From Rhynchopus sp. YZ270_cl-10 (lineage: Eukaryota), in assembly GCA_964035575.1 (NCBI GenBank), contig OZ037834.1, positions 496,001 through 560,000 on the forward strand: a stretch of 64,000 bases of DNA, written 5' to 3'. The position numbers were made by a program, and so were the translations under genes. The notes below the pieces were generated by a model, which was not told the origin of the DNA, searched no databases, and saw nothing but the letters and a program-made list of their open reading frames with translations. Shown piece by piece: positions 60,537 through 64,000 of this stretch; positions within the stretch are counted from its first letter, which is position 1; every line of letters begins with the position of its first letter.

Positions 60537-62645
60537 TCCCCCCCCCTACTTTCCCACTTCTCCCGCTGTCTCCCCGTTCTTCCCGCTACGTTTATTTTCT
60601 TTTATATTACGGCTTTTTTAGCGGGTGTGTTTCTAGTACAGGTTTGCTCTAAGCAAGAGTAAAAGCTTTGGTAGCGCCTCTGTCCAGTCCGCGTTATGGG
60701 GGAGGGGGTAGGGAGGGGGGTGAAAAAAAACGTATTCTGTTCACTGGTGAATTTTTTTTCTCCATCTGGGGATGGTTGGTGTTACATTCGACAACGAATG
60801 TAAAAAAAAGGGGGAGGGTTACTGGAATTGTGGGAAATATGGGGGGGGGGGAAAGTAGTATGTGTGTGTGGTGTGTGGGGTATTCTCAATTAGAACTAAC
60901 GAAAAAAAAAAAAGGAAAAAAATTGCAAACCATAATTTCAGCTGAGTGTTTTTCTCTCAACTCACTGCAGACTTCTTTTTCGCTGACCCTGTTTTTTGAA
61001 GGGTGCCCTTTTTTATATTTTATATCAGATCTAAACCACGAAATGGATTGTAGGACTGCATGGTTGGGGGGTGTCCACCACCCGGTGCACCCAGTTATTG
61101 TAGCAAAAGGTACACTGTTCATGAGAGAACTGTTGTATTTCAAGTAAAGTATTTTTTTTTTTAGTGATTTGGTACCCTATTTTTCTGTCTTGCAGTGCAA
61201 AACGAGACTTTTCTTTTCTCTTTTATTTTTTTTCTTATTTTTGCATGATTTTATTTTTTGAAAAAAATAGATGTCGTCGTGTTCCTCAGAGAGGAGTTCT
61301 CTTTTTGTCAAGAGGTAAAGATTTCTGAGCAAAATCAAATAAAAAACGAAACTTTGTCATCACGAACACATTGTAATTTTGTGGGAGCACATCCTTCGCG
61401 CGAAAAGCCGACGAGAGGCTTAGGGTCATCCTCCCAAAAAAAATCCTTTTTTATATCGAGATGTGAGTGCTAAACATGCATCTTTCAAGTATTTTTTTTT
61501 TTTGGTCATGTACCAAGGTACACTGTCACGAGAGGGCTTTGTATTTCAACTCTTTTTTTCTCTTCCGTCTTGTATCTCTCCTTCCCCTTTCCCTTCTGTC
61601 TTTTTCCTTGCGACGACATTTTTATGGTTTTTTTTTTGTCTGAAATTGATTGACCCCTTTTCACTATTGTGGGAAAGCTAATCTTCTGCAAATCTTCAAC
61701 GGAAAGGGTATATCTTCTTCCTGGCCACCCGATCACCCTCTTTTTTGTTTTATGTGAACAAGGTGACTAAGCACCAGAGGCTTAGGGTTCATCTACAAAC
61801 CTTTCTTTTAAGAAAGTTGGGAACATTTTCCCCTATACCTATGCCAGCAATTTATTGAATGCATAGGTTGAAAAAAAATTGTTTTGTGTGTACAGGTGAC
61901 TAAGCCCAAAGGAGAGGCTTAGGTTCAACTCATAAGCAATTTATTGTTTAGAAGCTCTGAGCAAAAGTACAAGAGGGCCTAAGTATCTCATCACAAAAAA
62001 AATATGTTTCTGTTATTGGTGCTTTCGGAAGTCGGTCAACCCCTGTGTCAGCGACCTGTCAATATCGACCCCTCCCGAAGCACCAGTTATTTTTTTTTCT
62101 TTTGTGTGCGTGTTGTACCCATTTGGTGTCTTTGTAACCCTTCTCCTCCCCCCCTCTCGTTCTAGCGTTGTTCTGGCTGCCCTTATTTCTTCTCCCACTG
62201 TTTTAAACAAAAATTCTCTGTTCAACAAAATAATAAAAAATAGCACCTTGTTGCGGACTACCCCTTTGAAGGTTCTTTTTCATCCTAAAAGTTGCTCTTA
62301 AGGGTTCAAGACGAACGACGTCTATACCTTCCGTAGTACAAAAGGCTTCGGCCAACATTGAGTACAGACCCGAATTCTCCCACCTGGTGGGATTACTCGG
62401 CGATTGTCGACAAAAGAAAAGAGGGATTGTGACTGTGTCAGACCAATAATTCGCTTACCTTAGCAGGTTTGTTGATGTTTATTGTATTGACGAACAAAAA
62501 AAAATATGAAAAATGAAAAAAAAAAGACAACTGTATCCTGAAAAAACAACGCACATGATTTCAGGGAAAAAAATTAGGTTATGGTGTGACCACCCAAACC
62601 GATTCTCCGAGGTTCTTCCGTGGTTCTTCCGTAGGTACTCCGGTA

Positions 62646-63296
62646 AGGGGGGTATACTTTTTTTGTTGTTTTCGGTTTTCGCCACCCGGGGGGCTTCGAG
62701 ACCTGGCAACCGCACGTACCCTCAGGTTGTGTAAAAGTGGTTTTGCTGACCAAAACATAAAAGTAACGACCAAAAAAAAAAAACCCCCGAAAAATGAATT
62801 TTCTAAAGCAAACTGACGGTGTTGACTTGGCCGTGCAGTCAGACACAGGCCCCTCGACAAGTCAGGACAGTGGCACGTGGGGCACTACTTGGCTGTGCAG
62901 TCAGCCACCGCGACCCGGAGGAAAGGGAATGTGATGCACCACCACCGCACGCGGGTGCCACAAACACTGGGAAAGCCCCCAAGGCGGCCATGGGATATTG
63001 TTGCGTATTGCACACAGTAGACATAATATACACAGTATACACAGTATACACAGTATACACAGTATACACAGTATACACAGTATACACAGTATACACAGTA
63101 TACACAGTACACACTATATACGGGCGGTTCATTTTTTTTTTTTTTCAACGGATTTTTTCCGTTATTTTCGCGCGAAAATGCCATTTTTGGCACGTTTCAA
63201 CCAATACAAACCCGTGGTGACCTCTCTCAGTCAAATTTGTGGTCATTTTCCCCTTGTGCCAGAAACTGAGAACAACAAAAAAAAAGTATACCCCCT
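62646..63296. mobile_element. TIR element nested in the TGGTG MITE 62582-63360
   Basis: AGGGGG(G)TATACTTTTTTTGTTGTT ... AACAACAAAAAAAAAGTATACCCCCT. Confidence 0.75.
63010..63118. repeat. 9-bp tandem repeat (TACACAGTA)n, ~10 units
   Basis: Directly visible. Confidence 0.95.
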
Positions 63297-64000
63297 AGCA
63301 GTTCTCCGAGGTTCCTCCGTGGTTCTTCCGTGGGTTCCCCGTACCCCTTGAATCACACCATCAGGTTATTTTTTTTTTTTTTCCTCCTTTCCCACGAACC
63401 GTTCATTTGAACGCACACGACGCCATAGCACACATTTCTCTTTCTCTGTAGTTAGTTAGTTTTCTTTTCTTTTTCTTTTTTTTTTTTTTTCTTTTTCTTC
63501 TTTTTTGAAGGGATAACATATTCTCTACTATCACTCCCATCACCACACCGTATCGTGTGTCTCTACCTTCCGCCACACTGTCTCCCCACAAAAAAAAACA
63601 AAAAAAACAAAAACTAAAGGGCACACGATACGATATCCATCCCCATCTTATCCACCTCCCTCCCCCCCCGAGAGATTCGATGGCATGAAGAGAAAAATCC
63701 AAAAAAAAGCGACGTTTTTTTACGAAATTATCTCATTTTTTCACCTTTTTTGCCCTATCTCAAACCTTCTCCTCACCACACCTTATTCTAGCCATATTCT
63801 GCGCAAGAATTGCCTTCACTATGTATCAATCACCTCATAACATCCCAACACAATGTCTTTATTTGTATTTTGTTTTATGTACTTCTGGTGTGGCTGAAAG
63901 GGGGGGGTGCTATTTTTTTGTGCTATTTTCTGCTATTCTGGGGTCGTCGGCCACACCAACTTCACAATGTTTTTGTCCCATCTCAAAAAACCCCCTCTTC

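Overview
Eukaryotic nuclear DNA, most likely a euglenozoan with cis-introns such as a diplonemid. This is inferred from a kinetoplastid-like RPS14 signature ([17 protein letters not shown]), 10 of 10 genes on the + strand, and GTATG at every intron donor I modelled. Genes: a probably inactive AlkB-fold protein, a 5-exon coiled-coil protein, calcineurin A (3 exons), two tandem ~1550-1600 aa type I membrane proteins, RPS14, three tandem secreted Cys-rich repeat proteins, and an ARM/ZZ-like/STE11-type kinase. Each membrane protein has three beta-lactamase/EstB-fold domains, and all six lack the catalytic Ser. Non-coding DNA is homopolymer-rich and contains (i) many non-autonomous TIR elements with readable target-site duplications (TSDs), often nested, (ii) several families of very short (45-140 nt) structured, retroposon-like repeats with tetraloops and compensatory changes, and (iii) an antisense 18S rRNA fragment. 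The best candidates for something new are the pseudo-beta-lactamase receptor pair with converted cores and variable loops, and the ultra-short structured repeat families. All calls were made by eye. Repeat coordinates are approximate unless TSDs are given.
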